A stretch of 64,000 nt of DNA from IMG/VR virus record IMGVR_UViG_3300020205_002210, positions 32,001-96,000 of that record; one strand, 5' to 3'. Both the position numbers and the translations under genes were made by a program. The notes below the pieces were generated by a model, which was not told the origin of the DNA, ran no database searches, and saw only the letters and a program-made list of their open reading frames with translations. This DNA is from a virus. Below, one piece after another: positions 10,408-19,883 of this stretch (position 1 is its first letter; every line of letters starts with the position of its first letter).

Positions 10408-11397
10408 ATGGTGAAGAGATATCAAAGTGGATTAATATCTGCTAACAATTCACCAACTAATATTTCACAAACATCTGGTTTTTTTAATATTAGTCAGCAA
10501 ATGCAAGCCAAACAAGAGGGATTATGGCCACAAGCAAATAACAAAATAGACTCTTCTAGTGGCACAATTTTTACATCCACTCGACAGGTGGTATCTGGTC
10601 AAGTAATACAATATAAATATCATGCTTTTTTATCCTCTTCCACTTTTGTGACAACCGGTAATGGCGTAGTTGATATATTAGTTGTCGGCGCCGGCGGCGG
10701 TGGTGGCGGAGGTGGCGCCACGAACCAAGGTGGTGATGGCGGTTCCGGCGCCGGCGTTGTAGTAATATCTAATCGATCTATTGCATCAAATACATATACA
10801 ATTACTATTGGCGGCGGCGGATCAGGCGGAGCTCTTAGTGCGTCCGCTGGTGCAAATGGTTCAAATGGTACATTTAGTTCTGTAAGTGGAATTGTTGGAG
10901 CTAACTCAGCTGGCGGATTATTTGGCCGTGGTGGCGGCAATGGTGCGGCTTATCGAGCAGGAAATGGCGCCGGCGGCACCTGGACTGGTACCGCATCAGC
11001 AACTGCGGGTCTAACACCAGGTATTGGATTGGGAGTAGATTTTTTTAACCTAGTTGATTTGGGTGAAAACACACCGGTAAGAAATTTTAGATTTGACACG
11101 GCAAACGGACTCATATACTTTGCAAGCGGCGGCACTAGTACATGGGCATCGACCACCAGCTCCGGTGGATCACCCGGAAGTGCCCGGGGGAATGCTGCGC
11201 TTGGCGGCGGCGCAGGCTGGGTAGTGACACAAACCTTTGGTGATACCGGATTGAATGCAACGAATGATGTACGACTTCTCCGTCAAGCTGCACCAAATAT
11301 GGGTGGCGGTGGAGCTTCTGGATTTCGTGCTAGCGGATCCGCTAGCGATGGAAGTACTGGAGGTAGCGGGTTAGTTGTCATAAGATACAGAATATAA
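10408..11397 (+). CDS. Glycine-rich tip/adhesin-like protein
   Basis: ILVVGAGGGGG ... GGSGLVVIRYRI; N-terminal EGLWP. Confidence 0.75.
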   Translation: MVKRYQSGLISANNSPTNISQTSGFFNISQQMQAKQEGLWPQANNKIDSSSGTIFTSTRQVVSGQVIQYKYHAFLSSSTFVTTGNGVVDILVVGAGGGGGGGGATNQGGDGGSGAGVVVISNRSIASNTYTITIGGGGSGGALSASAGANGSNGTFSSVSGIVGANSAGGLFGRGGGNGAAYRAGNGAGGTWTGTASATAGLTPGIGLGVDFFNLVDLGENTPVRNFRFDTANGLIYFASGGTSTWASTTSSGGSPGSARGNAALGGGAGWVVTQTFGDTGLNATNDVRLLRQAAPNMGGGGASGFRASGSASDGSTGGSGLVVIRYRI

Positions 11398-11431
11398 TTT
11401 ATTTTCAATAACATTTTAAAGGAGAAATATC

Positions 11432-11794
11432 ATGTCACATTTTGCACAAATTGATGAAAACAATATAGTAACTAGAGTACTAGTAATCGAACAAGATGTT
11501 GTCGATACTGGTCTATTTGGAGAACCTAATACTTGGGTTCAAACAAGTTACAACACTTCGGGTGGCATACACCGTTTAGGTGGCACACCACTACGGAAGA
11601 ATTATGCAGGCATAGGTTACACTTATGACTCTGAAAGAGATGCATTTATTCCACCAAAACCATATGCAAGCTGGATTTTGGTTGAAGATACATGCCAATG
11701 GCAAGCACCAGTGCCAATGAATGACGATGGTAAATTTTACCAATGGAATGAAGATACATTGTCTTGGGATGAAATCGTCACTCCAACAGAATAA
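11432..11794 (+). CDS. Conserved phage hypothetical protein (MSHFAQIDENN family), possible fibre assembly partner
   Basis: SD aaggag; KNYAGIGYTYD...DAFIPPKPY.SW...W.APVP motif. Confidence 0.75.
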   Translation: MSHFAQIDENNIVTRVLVIEQDVVDTGLFGEPNTWVQTSYNTSGGIHRLGGTPLRKNYAGIGYTYDSERDAFIPPKPYASWILVEDTCQWQAPVPMNDDGKFYQWNEDTLSWDEIVTPTE

Positions 11795-11800
11795 TAAATA
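11793..11800 (+). promoter_or_regulatory. T4-type late promoter variant
   Basis: AATAAATA before 11841. Confidence 0.5.
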
Positions 11801-11840
11801 CTAGCTTGGGTTCAATAACTTTCTAAAAGAATAAAAAGAC

Positions 11841-14702
11841 ATGTCAACAAATCTTAAACCGGGCAGATTAGATTCTAGTAAAGACTTTTCCGCATTTGTT
11901 CCTTCGGCATTTCAGGCAGCAAATTTAGCATTCTTACAGGCTAATGCTGCATTTACCGTTGCAAATTCCGGTTCAGGTGCGGCTTCATCTGGGTTATATG
12001 CGAATGCGGCTTTTTTACAAGCCAACTCTGCATTCACTAGAGCAAACAACTCGTTAAATATTACTACTGGCGGTACAGTTGCTGGCGATGTTATTATTAC
12101 TGGTAATTTAACTATTCAAGGTGAGCGCACCTACGCAAATACACAAACGGTGTTGATTGCAGATAACATCATTACTGTCAATGCCGCTATAGATCAAGCT
12201 TCTGCACCAGTTTTTAATGCTGGTATTGAAGTTGATCGTGGTTCTTCCGCCAATACAGCTCTGCTTTGGAATGAATCTACTGACAAGTGGACTGTAACGA
12301 ATGATGGCACAAATTATTTTAACCTTGCTTCAGATGCGGCTGAATCATATGCCAACGCAGCATTCTTACAAGCAAATACCGGTGTAACCAATGCGGCAAC
12401 AGCTGACAGCAAAGCAGTAACATCCGGTTCATATGCTAATGCTGCTTTCTTGCAAGCAAACACTGCTGCAACAAATGCAACAAGTGCTGGCTTATATGCC
12501 AACGCTGCGTTCTTGGCAGCCAATAATTCTACAGACACTTGGGTAAGAGGTGCTGCTAACGCAGCCAGTTCTTATGCAAACTCTGCTTATACCCAAGCAA
12601 ATACAGCAACTACTAATGCAGCAACAGCTGATTCTAAAGCAGTAACAGCTGGTTCATATGCAAATTCAGCCTTTGCCGCGGCTAATAGTAGTAATGGCAC
12701 AGTAACTTCAGTGACAGCTGGAACAGGTTTAACCGCAGGTCCTTTTATTACGGCTGGTAATACTCTCATAGTTAATGGGGTTGCTAGCTCTTACCTATCT
12801 GTGTCCGCTCTATCTGACACTCAAGCAATAGCAGTTTATCGTGGCGCATCTGGTTACCTACAAGCCGTTACTCTTAATGTCAGCGGTACAACAATCACAT
12901 CAGGCACTGTACTGACTCTCAATTCCACTAGCACAGTTCACACATCTGTCACTGCACTATCTGCTACTCAGGCTATAGTAACTTATTATGGTGTGAACCA
13001 GTACTTGCAAACCGCTACTCTTAATGTCAGCGGTACAACAATCACAGCAGGCACTATACTGACTGTTAATGCAGTTAGCAGCCAGCACAGCAAAGTTACA
13101 AAATTAACCGCTACTCAGGCGCTGGTGGTTTTTCAAGGCCAATCTCCTTCGGATTACCTAAACACCTGTACACTAAACATCAGTGGAACAACGGTTACAG
13201 CAGGTGCCGTATTGACTGTTAATGCAGTTAGCAGCGCCGAGACCTCACTCACTACACTATCAGCTACTCAGGCGTTAGTAACATACACAGGCGCGTCTGA
13301 ATACCTACAAACCTGTACCCTAAACATCAGTGGAACAACGGTTACAGCAGGCGCCGTGTTGAATATTACATCAGCCGCAACCTACTACGGAGCAGTCACG
13401 GCCTTATCCGCTACTCAGGCTGTGGTATCGTATCGTGGAACATCTAATTATGTAGAAGCTCGTACACTAAACATCAGTGGAACAACGGTTACAGCAGGCG
13501 CAATTCTGGTTGTTAGTGCAGTTGTTAGCGGCTGGCGAGCAATTACAAAAATAACCTCCAGTCAGGCGTTGTTGGCTTATCAGAATTCGGACTTATCTGG
13601 TCGCTTACAAACCGTTATTCTCGATATCAGCGGAACTACAGTCACAGCAGGCAACATTGTTACGGCCAGTGCTGGGAGTGCTTCATACATATCAATCACC
13701 ACACTTACCACCACTCAAGCATTAGTAGTATACTACGGAACAGATGGGTATCTTACAACCGCAACACTACAGTTATCCACCACAATCACAACCAGTGGCA
13801 CAGTTACACTAGCTAATACAGCAGTAACTGCGGGTAGTTACACAAACACCAGTCTGACTGTTGATGCTCAAGGTCGTATTACAGCTGCAGCTAATGGTTC
13901 TGGTAGTGATGCTGCCAGTTCATATGCTAACTCTGCATTCACCGCTGCAAACACTGCTGCAACAAATGCAACAAGTGCTGGCTCATACGCAAATGCAGCA
14001 TTCACCAAGGCTAATACAGGTGGTGGTTCTGGTCTGTTCAACTCTGCAATCAATGTATCAACTGGTTATGCAGTCACAAGTGCTTTGGCAAATGCTGTAG
14101 TGTTTACTGCAAATGCAACAGTTCATTCTATCTATATAACAAACATTGGTGCAGATGTTAATGCTGCAGTAACTATTACTGGTGACTTTACACCAGCAGG
14201 TTCTTCTGCAAATGTTTCATTGTTTAGAAATATTCCAATACCATCTCGTTCTTCTGTAGAGATGTTAAAGAAGCCACAAGTTGTCAGAACAAATGACATT
14301 ATCAAAATGCAATCGTTCTTCAATAGTGTTGCTGCTTCTTCTAATGTACACGCAACTATTGTGTATGAAACTACTGCACTATCTACATTTGATAGATCAG
14401 CTGCATTGGCTGGCACAGGTTACTCCACACTCTATACAGCAACAGGTAGTCCTGCGGTTATTGAGAGTATCAAAGTTGTTAACCAAGATACTGCATTTGG
14501 CAACCACGCAATCAGTATTATCTGGACAAACTCAGGCAACACTATACAAGGTTACATGGCCAAAGAAATTATTTTACCTGCAAACTCTACAATCGAGTTG
14601 TGTGAGGCACCAAAATATCTGTCAACTGGAGATAAACTAGATATCTTTTCATCATTCGCCAACGTAGTATCGGTGTTCGTATCCGCTAAACGCACTTCAT
14701 AA
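11841..14702 (+). CDS. Mosaic fibre: ANAAF repeats, about 47-aa propeller-like repeats, two fused adaptor domains
   Basis: 953 aa; shares a block with the 1312 ORF; TTVTAGAVL...LSATQALV repeats; C-terminal domains follow the adaptor pattern. Confidence 0.75.
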   Translation: MSTNLKPGRLDSSKDFSAFVPSAFQAANLAFLQANAAFTVANSGSGAASSGLYANAAFLQANSAFTRANNSLNITTGGTVAGDVIITGNLTIQGERTYANTQTVLIADNIITVNAAIDQASAPVFNAGIEVDRGSSANTALLWNESTDKWTVTNDGTNYFNLASDAAESYANAAFLQANTGVTNAATADSKAVTSGSYANAAFLQANTAATNATSAGLYANAAFLAANNSTDTWVRGAANAASSYANSAYTQANTATTNAATADSKAVTAGSYANSAFAAANSSNGTVTSVTAGTGLTAGPFITAGNTLIVNGVASSYLSVSALSDTQAIAVYRGASGYLQAVTLNVSGTTITSGTVLTLNSTSTVHTSVTALSATQAIVTYYGVNQYLQTATLNVSGTTITAGTILTVNAVSSQHSKVTKLTATQALVVFQGQSPSDYLNTCTLNISGTTVTAGAVLTVNAVSSAETSLTTLSATQALVTYTGASEYLQTCTLNISGTTVTAGAVLNITSAATYYGAVTALSATQAVVSYRGTSNYVEARTLNISGTTVTAGAILVVSAVVSGWRAITKITSSQALLAYQNSDLSGRLQTVILDISGTTVTAGNIVTASAGSASYISITTLTTTQALVVYYGTDGYLTTATLQLSTTITTSGTVTLANTAVTAGSYTNTSLTVDAQGRITAAANGSGSDAASSYANSAFTAANTAATNATSAGSYANAAFTKANTGGGSGLFNSAINVSTGYAVTSALANAVVFTANATVHSIYITNIGADVNAAVTITGDFTPAGSSANVSLFRNIPIPSRSSVEMLKKPQVVRTNDIIKMQSFFNSVAASSNVHATIVYETTALSTFDRSAALAGTGYSTLYTATGSPAVIESIKVVNQDTAFGNHAISIIWTNSGNTIQGYMAKEIILPANSTIELCEAPKYLSTGDKLDIFSSFANVVSVFVSAKRTS

Positions 14703-14712
14703 GAGAAACACT

Positions 14713-15972
14713 ATGGCAATTAGTGGAATATTGACAAGTCGGAATCATTATAACCAGAGGGTTAGTGGTTTGTGGCCGACAATTTCTACATCTCTTTTTA
14801 TTGTAACACCAGCATCGGCAAGTATCAATGAGAGTTCATCATTAACCTTTAATGTTACTGGAGGAAATATTACCAATGGAACATATTACTGGTCAATTAA
14901 TAATGTAACTACTGCGGCCGGTGATTTTTCAGCCAGTTCAGGTTCATTTACAATTACAAACAATGCTGGTTCATTTACAGTAACTGCGGCCGCTGATGCA
15001 ACAACTGAAGGTAGTGAAACATTTACAGTATCAGTACGAACCGGTAGTGTTAGTGGTACTGTAGTTGCCACAAGTAGTTCGGTAACGATTAATGATACTA
15101 GTTTGACACCTGCTTCAACCAACCAATCGGCCATTTTTGGTAGCAGCACCTATGATGGTGTGAATTTTACCAATTTAGTTTCAAACACTGGAGTCGTTCA
15201 GAATAATGTTGCGGGTGTTGGTACTAATAGGGCTGGTTATGCCGGTTCAAATTACGGTACAGATAAGGCAATTTTTGCGTTTGGTGAATCTACAAATGAA
15301 AGAAAATTAATTTCAAACACCGGCGTTGTAGCATCAGCTGTTTCGGGTATAGGAACGATTCGTTACTACCTCGCGGCCGCTCCATTTGGCGGCGACAAAG
15401 CTATATTTGGTTATGGCATTGGGCCCGGTTCCGTTAGAGTATCATTAACCAACCTAGTATCAAACACTGGCGTTGTTGCTAGTGACGTAAGCGGAGTAGG
15501 AACAATTAGAGGCCAGCTAGCTGCAACAAAATATGGCACAGATAAAGCTATATTTGGATATGGTACTGGGGCTAGCAACTATTCACTAACCAACCTAGTA
15601 TCAAACACTGGCGTTGTTGCTTCTGATACTGCTGGTGTTGGTACTGTTAGATACTGGCTTGCAGCTGTAACCTATGGCACAGATAAAGCTATGTTTGGTT
15701 ATGGACTAGGTGCAGCTAATTATTCACTAACCAACCTAATATCAAATACAGGTGTGGTATCTACTGACACTACGGGTGTTGGTACTGCTAGATGGGGATT
15801 AGGAGGCGCAGGTTATAGTACAGATAAAGGCATATTTGCTTATGGTGCGGCGTCTGCTGGTGTGCCGTTATCAATGAAGAATCTGGTTTCAAACACTGGC
15901 GTTGTTGCTCTTGATGCAGCGGGTGTAGGTACTGCCAAGTCGGTCATTACCGCGGCTTCTTTCGGTTCATAA
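14713..15972 (+). CDS. Tip protein: Ig/Calx-beta-like domain plus six TNLVSNTGVV propeller-like repeats
   Basis: N-terminal GLWP; six KAIFGYG...GVGT repeats. Confidence 0.7.
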   Translation: MAISGILTSRNHYNQRVSGLWPTISTSLFIVTPASASINESSSLTFNVTGGNITNGTYYWSINNVTTAAGDFSASSGSFTITNNAGSFTVTAAADATTEGSETFTVSVRTGSVSGTVVATSSSVTINDTSLTPASTNQSAIFGSSTYDGVNFTNLVSNTGVVQNNVAGVGTNRAGYAGSNYGTDKAIFAFGESTNERKLISNTGVVASAVSGIGTIRYYLAAAPFGGDKAIFGYGIGPGSVRVSLTNLVSNTGVVASDVSGVGTIRGQLAATKYGTDKAIFGYGTGASNYSLTNLVSNTGVVASDTAGVGTVRYWLAAVTYGTDKAMFGYGLGAANYSLTNLISNTGVVSTDTTGVGTARWGLGGAGYSTDKGIFAYGAASAGVPLSMKNLVSNTGVVALDAAGVGTAKSVITAASFGS

Positions 15973-16024
15973 CAATTAACCAACCTAAATATTTTTTTAC
16001 AACAACCTTTTTTATGGATAAATT

Positions 16025-16630
16025 ATGGCATCAAATCTAAACTCTGAATTCAACTATCGTTATCAAGTTATTGGTAGCACACCGTGGGAAAAAATTAAAA
16101 CTCTACAAGGATTCTTAGTCGGTAGAAAACGCGCAGCAGTGCTTGAAGAATGTGCTGAACTTAAATATCAAGCTAAACTAGAAGAGTTGGATCACCTAAG
16201 ATCAATACCGGCAGCAAAGCACCTGATTCTAAATTTGCGTGCTGAAATTTTGGAATTAGAATCACACTTAGATGACCAAAAACATGCATTCGAACTTAAT
16301 CGTAAAGAGATTAAAATATTGGAAAAGTTAATGTCAGAACTTTATATGGAAGTTGAACCAACAAGACTTAAACATGAAGACGGTACACTTTATACAGACG
16401 ATGAGATGTTTGAGGAAAATGCTAACTATGAATTTACAGTAACTGTTGGTCGTGAGATTCAGGCAGAAATTATTGCCAATGGTAGACCAAGTCCTGCTAA
16501 ATTATTAAATGCAATGAGTAATCCGCAAACATTAGAGTCACTTAAATTAGTTGGGCTTATTCCAAAAGAAGCAGCCTTATTGATGCAAAATGATGTTGTT
16601 GGATTAATTGGTAACGATACAACCGAGTAA
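16025..16630 (+). CDS. Hypothetical coiled-coil protein
   Basis: 201 aa with phage-like codon usage, between tip genes. Confidence 0.7.
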   Translation: MASNLNSEFNYRYQVIGSTPWEKIKTLQGFLVGRKRAAVLEECAELKYQAKLEELDHLRSIPAAKHLILNLRAEILELESHLDDQKHAFELNRKEIKILEKLMSELYMEVEPTRLKHEDGTLYTDDEMFEENANYEFTVTVGREIQAEIIANGRPSPAKLLNAMSNPQTLESLKLVGLIPKEAALLMQNDVVGLIGNDTTE

Positions 16631-16637
16631 AACAAAA

Positions 16638-17621
16638 ATGGGTATTTTAGACGATATTTTTTCGTTGCGTAGTATGAATGACCTGAGAGCAGATGGGTTG
16701 TGGCCGACTAGTGTTACTCCGCCTCCAGCACCACCATCATCAGTAGAATATCTTGTAGTTGCTGGAGGCGGAGCAGGTTCTAAGTCAAATGCAGGCGGCG
16801 GCGCAGGCGGGTATAGAACTGCTAGCGGATTTGCTGTTTCTTCAGGTAGTGCATTGACAGTGACCGTAGGTGCCGGTGGCGCAGCATCGACTACTGCTGG
16901 TCAGGGTGCAGTTAATAACGCTTTGTACGGTACTCCTTCGGTATTTTCTTCAATTACATCGAATGCTGGCGGGGGTGGTTTAGCTACTGACGAGTATGGA
17001 TATGGGTATGTGGATCCACCGAGTCTTCAGTCAGTAGCCACCGGTTCGGGCGGTGGATCAGCTGGCAACACTCGTAGATTCGGTGCAAATGGTACAGCCG
17101 GCCAAGGCAATGCTGGTGGAAGATCATCCGAAAATAACGGCTTTGGTTCCTATGGCGGGGGCGGGGGCGGTGCCGGAGCTGTTGGTGGTGGTGCAATTCA
17201 AGGTGCAAGCGGATCAACAATTACCCCTGGTGCCGGAGGCGCCGGTGGTGTAGGCCTATCCTCTAGTATAAGTGGCACAGCAACATATTATGCTGGTGGC
17301 GGCGGCGGCGCGTCTTCCGCAGGGGTACGTGGTGTAGGTGGCACTGGCGGTGGCGGCAGTGGTGAACAAACAAATACTTATGGATCTAGTTACGGCGGTC
17401 CAGGTGTATTTTATTCTCCTGTAGCGGGTACAACTAATACAGGCGGCGGAGGCGGCGGCGGTCATACAGTTGATGGTCAAGCTGGCGGGTCCGGTATAGT
17501 AATTATTCGTTATGCAGATACATCCGCAGCAGCAACATCAACTACAGGTTCACCAACAGTCACGGTAGCAGGTGGTTATAGAGTGTATAAATTTACATCT
17601 TCTGGTTCAATAACATTCTAA
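16638..17621 (+). CDS. Glycine-rich tip protein (probable ATG 16638)
   Basis: DGLWPTSV; VEYLVVAGGG; C-terminus nearly identical to the 5789 ORF. Confidence 0.75.
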   Translation: MGILDDIFSLRSMNDLRADGLWPTSVTPPPAPPSSVEYLVVAGGGAGSKSNAGGGAGGYRTASGFAVSSGSALTVTVGAGGAASTTAGQGAVNNALYGTPSVFSSITSNAGGGGLATDEYGYGYVDPPSLQSVATGSGGGSAGNTRRFGANGTAGQGNAGGRSSENNGFGSYGGGGGGAGAVGGGAIQGASGSTITPGAGGAGGVGLSSSISGTATYYAGGGGGASSAGVRGVGGTGGGGSGEQTNTYGSSYGGPGVFYSPVAGTTNTGGGGGGGHTVDGQAGGSGIVIIRYADTSAAATSTTGSPTVTVAGGYRVYKFTSSGSITF

Positions 17622-17632
17622 AATAATAAAAA

Positions 17633-18577
17633 ATGGCAGATACAAATATTACAGGGCCACTTTGGGGTTACGAGTATCGAAGCAGAAGACTTGCTGGCTT
17701 GTGGCCGACTAGTGTTTATGTGGCTGCAGTTGCAAATATTAGGGCTATATTTGGTTTTGGATTTAGTACTGTTAAGGTATCAATAACCAACCTAGTATCA
17801 AACACTGGTGTAGTTGCTACAGACACTGCTGGTGTTGGTACTGTTAAATCGCAGTTAGCAGCTGCTGGTTATGGTACAGATAAAGCTATCTTTGGATATG
17901 GACTTAATGCAGGTGATTCCGATATATCAATAACCAACCTAGTATCAAACACTGGTGTAGTTGCTACCGATACTGCTGGTGTTGGTACTGCTAGAAGTAA
18001 TTTAGCTGCTGCTGGGTATGGCACAGATAAGGCTATATTTGGATATGGAAGTGGTCCAACTGCTATAACCAACAAAGTATCAAACACTGGTGTAGTTGCA
18101 ACTAATACCACTGGTGTTGGTACTGAGAGGTTTCATCTGGCAGCAGCTGGGTATGGCACCGATAAAGCAATATTTGGATATGGAGCTGCAGCAGGATTTG
18201 TATTAGTATCATTAACAAACCTAGTATCAAATACTGGAGTGGTAGCAACTGACACCACTGGTGTTGGTACTGTTAGGCGACTTCTAGCAGCCGCAGGATA
18301 TGGTACCGATAAAGCTATATTTGGTTATGGCCTCGGTCCAGTATCAATGACCAACCTAGTATCAAATACTGGAGTGGTAGCAACTGACACCACTGGTGTT
18401 GGTACTGCTAGATCCTCATTGGCAGCTGCTGGTTATAGCACAGATAAGGCTATATTTGGATATGGAGGAGACGCATCAATGACCAACCTAGTATCAAACA
18501 CTGGTGTAGTTGCTACAGACACTGCTGGTGTTGGTACTGCTAGAAGTAATTTAGCTGCTGCGTCCTACGGTTCATAA
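17633..18577 (+). CDS. Six-repeat propeller-like tip protein, paralog of 14713
   Basis: AGLWPTSV; six KAIFGYG/TNLVSNTGVVATDT repeats. Confidence 0.75.
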   Translation: MADTNITGPLWGYEYRSRRLAGLWPTSVYVAAVANIRAIFGFGFSTVKVSITNLVSNTGVVATDTAGVGTVKSQLAAAGYGTDKAIFGYGLNAGDSDISITNLVSNTGVVATDTAGVGTARSNLAAAGYGTDKAIFGYGSGPTAITNKVSNTGVVATNTTGVGTERFHLAAAGYGTDKAIFGYGAAAGFVLVSLTNLVSNTGVVATDTTGVGTVRRLLAAAGYGTDKAIFGYGLGPVSMTNLVSNTGVVATDTTGVGTARSSLAAAGYSTDKAIFGYGGDASMTNLVSNTGVVATDTAGVGTARSNLAAASYGS

Positions 18578-18605
18578 CAATAAACTAAAATAACAAAGGT
18601 AAAAA

Positions 18606-18821
18606 ATGATAGACTTAGAAAACATGCCTGAACCAACAGCAGAAGAAATTGCTCAAGCAAGAGAAAACGCATTTAATGCTGAACGGCCTGCATCATGGGT
18701 TTGGAATGAAGAAGCAGTATCATATGTTGCACCGATAGCAATACCAACTGATGGTTATCCATACTTGTGGGATGAAGCTACAACTAATTGGGTACCATTC
18801 CCAGATTTTCCTAGAGATTAA
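18606..18821 (+). CDS. Small acidic Trp-rich protein similar to the C-terminal half of the 11432 ORF
   Basis: SWVWNEE...APIAIPTDG..Y.WDE...W pattern. Confidence 0.7.
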   Translation: MIDLENMPEPTAEEIAQARENAFNAERPASWVWNEEAVSYVAPIAIPTDGYPYLWDEATTNWVPFPDFPRD

Positions 18822-18829
18822 AATTCACA

Positions 18830-19567
18830 ATGGCAACAAAAGTACCACCGTTAGCGTTAGATTCGACTAAAGACTTTTCTGCATTAGTCCCTGCGGCGTT
18901 TGCTGCAGCAAATGCGGCCTATGCTCAATCGAATTCAACTGTCACATTAGTCTCTGAAGTTTTCAATAAGGCCAATACAGCTGCTGATGGTGGTTCAAAT
19001 GCAAACGCAGCATTTCTGCAAGCCAATGTTGCAATATCTAATGCTGCTGGTGCAAGTCTGTATGCAAATGCGGCTTTCTTACATGCAAACGCAGCATTCT
19101 TACAAGCTAACACCGGTGGTGCAGATCAATTAGCAAGAGACACGGCAAATGCAGCTTTCATTCAAGCCAATGCAGCATTCATTCAAGCAAATACAGGTGG
19201 TGCAAGTACCGATCAAGTGGCAAGAAATACTGCAAATGCGGCCTTCTTACGAGCCAATACAGATTTCATTTCACTTAGTATGCCAGGTACCATCACCTCG
19301 CCGGTGACTGGAAATGCAAGATATTATCCAACCGATACAATTGTTATAAATACAGTATATGCAAATCTAAGTGAAGCTCCCACAGGTAATTTTACTTTCA
19401 TCATTAAAAAGAATGGTACCAGTATAGGTAACACATTTATATTTTCAAGTGCCGTGATGACACCGAATGCGGTTAATGTTTCATTGACTACAAGTGATTA
19501 TCTGACACTGGATGTTACAGGTGTTAATGGTTCAAACTTAAATGTTAAATTAAAATACAGTTATTAA
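18830..19567 (+). CDS. ANAAF-repeat fibre with C-terminal beta domain
   Basis: Shared LDSTKDFSALVP N-terminus and ANAAF units. Confidence 0.75.
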   Translation: MATKVPPLALDSTKDFSALVPAAFAAANAAYAQSNSTVTLVSEVFNKANTAADGGSNANAAFLQANVAISNAAGASLYANAAFLHANAAFLQANTGGADQLARDTANAAFIQANAAFIQANTGGASTDQVARNTANAAFLRANTDFISLSMPGTITSPVTGNARYYPTDTIVINTVYANLSEAPTGNFTFIIKKNGTSIGNTFIFSSAVMTPNAVNVSLTTSDYLTLDVTGVNGSNLNVKLKYSY

Positions 19568-19580
19568 GGTAATAACAAAA

Positions 19581-19880
19581 ATGAATAAAGAGTTTTTTCA
19601 AACTAAATTTGGTACTAAAGGACATGTATACAAATTCATAGGTACAATTCCAGATGAAATTGTTGATGAAACGCAAAAAAATAGATATGTAACCATACAA
19701 TTTGTAACTGATGTTAATAATTTTCAGTTGGCCACCAATGCGATTTTTATGCCAAATTATGGAAATATAATTTTTGTTTATGGTGATGTTAAATATGAAT
19801 CGGATTTATTTCAATTCATTACCAATTTAACTCCTGATGTGGTTGAACCTGTAGTCGAAGAAACACCCTCTGAAGGATAA
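19581..19880 (+). CDS. Hypothetical protein
   Basis: 99 aa, SD aaggt, tightly packed. Confidence 0.65.
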   Translation: MNKEFFQTKFGTKGHVYKFIGTIPDEIVDETQKNRYVTIQFVTDVNNFQLATNAIFMPNYGNIIFVYGDVKYESDLFQFITNLTPDVVEPVVEETPSEG

Positions 19881-19883
19881 AAA

